Source: Narcine bancroftii
Lineage: Eukaryota
Reading direction: 5' to 3'
Assembly (NCBI RefSeq): GCF_036971445.1
Contig: NC_091480.1
Span: forward strand, 38,502,001 to 38,566,000
Length of the DNA: 64,000 nucleotides
The position numbers and the translations under genes were made by a program. Position 1 is the first letter of the stretch. Each line of letters starts with the position of its first letter. This document shows positions 62,025 through 64,000 of the stretch, in pieces. Below the pieces are notes generated by a model that saw only the letters and a program-made list of their open reading frames with translations, was not told the DNA's origin and did not search any database.

Positions 62025-64000
62025 GGAGGGTCATGATTGGCAGCTAAATGTTCCAGGATTCTGATGCTTTAGACGTGATAGAACAGGGTGGATAAAAGAT
62101 GGAGGGGTCGCATTGCTTGTTAGAGAAAGCATTACAGCAGTGCTATGGCAGGATAAATTGGAAGGCTCATCCAGAGAGGATATTTGAGTGGAAGTAAGGA
62201 ATGGGAAAGGCAATTAAAACACTAATGGGGGTGTATTATAGACCCCCTAATGGTCAGAGGGAATTAGAGGAGCAAATTTGTAAGGAGATAGCATATCTGT
62301 ATAAGTATAAAATGGTGATTGTAGGAGATTTTAACTTTCCACATATTGACTGGGACACCCATACTGTAAAAGGGCTGGATGGGTTGGAGTCAAATGTCTT
62401 TGGGAAGGTTTTCTAAGTCAATACATAGAAAAACCAAGAGAGGGGGCAGTATTGGATCTCTTATTAGGAAACGAGACAGGTCAAGTGACAGAGGTTTGTG
62501 TTGGGGAGCACTTTGGGTCTAGTGATCATAATTTCATTAGTTTTAGGTTAATTATGGAGAAGGATAGGGTTGGGCCTAAGGTTGAGATTCTTGATTTGAA
62601 CAAGGCAAATTTTGAGGAGATACAAAAGGATTTAGAAGGTGTGAATTGGGATCATTTATTTTCTGGGAAAGATGCAACAGATAAATGGAGGATACTCAAA
62701 GGGGAAATTTTGAGAGTAGAGTCAGTATGTCCCTCTGAGAATTAAAGGAAAGGTTTGACAATATAGGGAGCCTTGGTTTTCAAGGGATATTGGGAATTTG
62801 GTTCAGGGGAAGATGGATATGTACTATAAGTATAGACAAAAGGGAATAAATATGGTGCTTGAGGAATATAAAGAGTATAAAAAAATCTTAAGAAATAAAT
62901 TAGAAAGGCTGCTTTGGCAGGCAAGGTAAAAATAAATCCAAGGGTTTCTGCAGGTACATTAAAGGTAAAAGAATAGTGTGGAATAAAATTGGATCCCTTG
63001 AGGATCAGAGGGGTCACCTATGTGAGGGGTCAGAGATGGCAGAAATTTTAAATAATTTTTTTTCTTCAGCATTCACTAAGGAAAGGAATATTGAGTCAGG
63101 TGAAGTAATGAGGTCATGGAAAATGTACAGATTAATGAGAAGGTAGTAATGGTGATTTTAAAGAGAATCAAGGTGAATAAATCTCTGATCCTGACAGATG
63201 TTCCCTAGGACCTTGAGGGAGGTTAGTGTAGAAATAGCGGGGGAGGTGCCAGAGGATTGGAGGGTAGCTCATGTTGTTCCTCTGTTTAAAAAAGGATCTA
63301 AAAGTGAACTGGGTGATTATAGGCCTGTGAGTCTGACGTCAGTGGTAGGAAAATTAATGTAATATACAATTTTTTGGATAGGTAGGGACCGATTAGGAGT
63401 AGTCAACATGGTAGATCATGTCTAACAAATCTTAGAATTTTTCGAGGAGTTTACTAAGAAAGTTGACAAAGTGAAGGCTGTGGATGTTGTCCATATGGAC
63501 TTTAGTAAGGCTTTTGTCAAGGTTTTGCATAAGAAGTTGGTTAGGAAGGTTCATTCATTAGCTATTAATGTTGAAGTAGTGAACTGGATTCAACAATTCT
63601 TAGATGGGAGATGACAGAGAGTAGTGGTGGAAAATTGTTTGTCAAAATGGAGGCCTCAGGGTCCATTGTTGTTTGTCATATATATTAATGATCTGGATGA
63701 TGGGCTGGTAAATTGGATTAGTAAGTATGCAGATGACATCAAGATTGGTGGTGTAGTGAACAGTGAAAAATGTTTTTAAAGCTTGTTGAAGGATATAGGC
63801 CAGTTAGAAGAGTGGGCTGAAAGATGGCAGATGGAGTTAAATACTGGTAAATGTGAGGTGCCACATTTTGGTGGGAATAATCAGCAAAAGTTATACATGT
63901 AAATGGTGGATAATTGAGGAATGTCACAGAACAAAGAAATTGAGGGATTCTGGTACATAATTCTCTGAAGGTGGAATCACATGTAGCTAGGATGGTGAAG
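62025..64000 (+). mobile_element. CR1 LINE ORF2 (EN plus RT), degraded, runs off the window
   Basis: GVYYRPPN, VGDFNFPHIDW, SSDHN, YRPVSLTSVVGK, MDFSKAF, KYADDIKIGG. Confidence 0.92.

Overview
This is eukaryotic, repeat-dominated genomic DNA, and I could not support any host protein-coding gene. The repeat complement (V-SINE/HE1-like SINEs, CR1, Rex1, Penelope, fish-type L1) points to a cartilaginous fish, most likely a ray or skate; this is inference. The main contents are: a full-length, near-intact L1 (48866-54698, 15-bp TSD) nested in a Gypsy remnant; seven copies of a young RTE LINE resembling AviRTE; and a class III (ERV-L/ERV-S-like) provirus fragment with a tRNA-Ser-like PBS, flanked by a ~190-bp direct duplication, plus a related solo LTR. 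Also present are two decayed hAT transposase elements, hAT MITEs, a Penelope element with degenerate hammerhead-like motifs, many Rex1/CR1/SINE fragments and one assembly gap (16764-16902). Most short ORFs in the track are TE fragments or spurious. The best leads concern retroelement mechanism: a possible one-ended ERV integration, an RTE breakpoint hotspot with twin priming, and a promoter-like L1 inter-ORF spacer. I found no convincing new gene system. All family names come from remembered motifs, not database searches.
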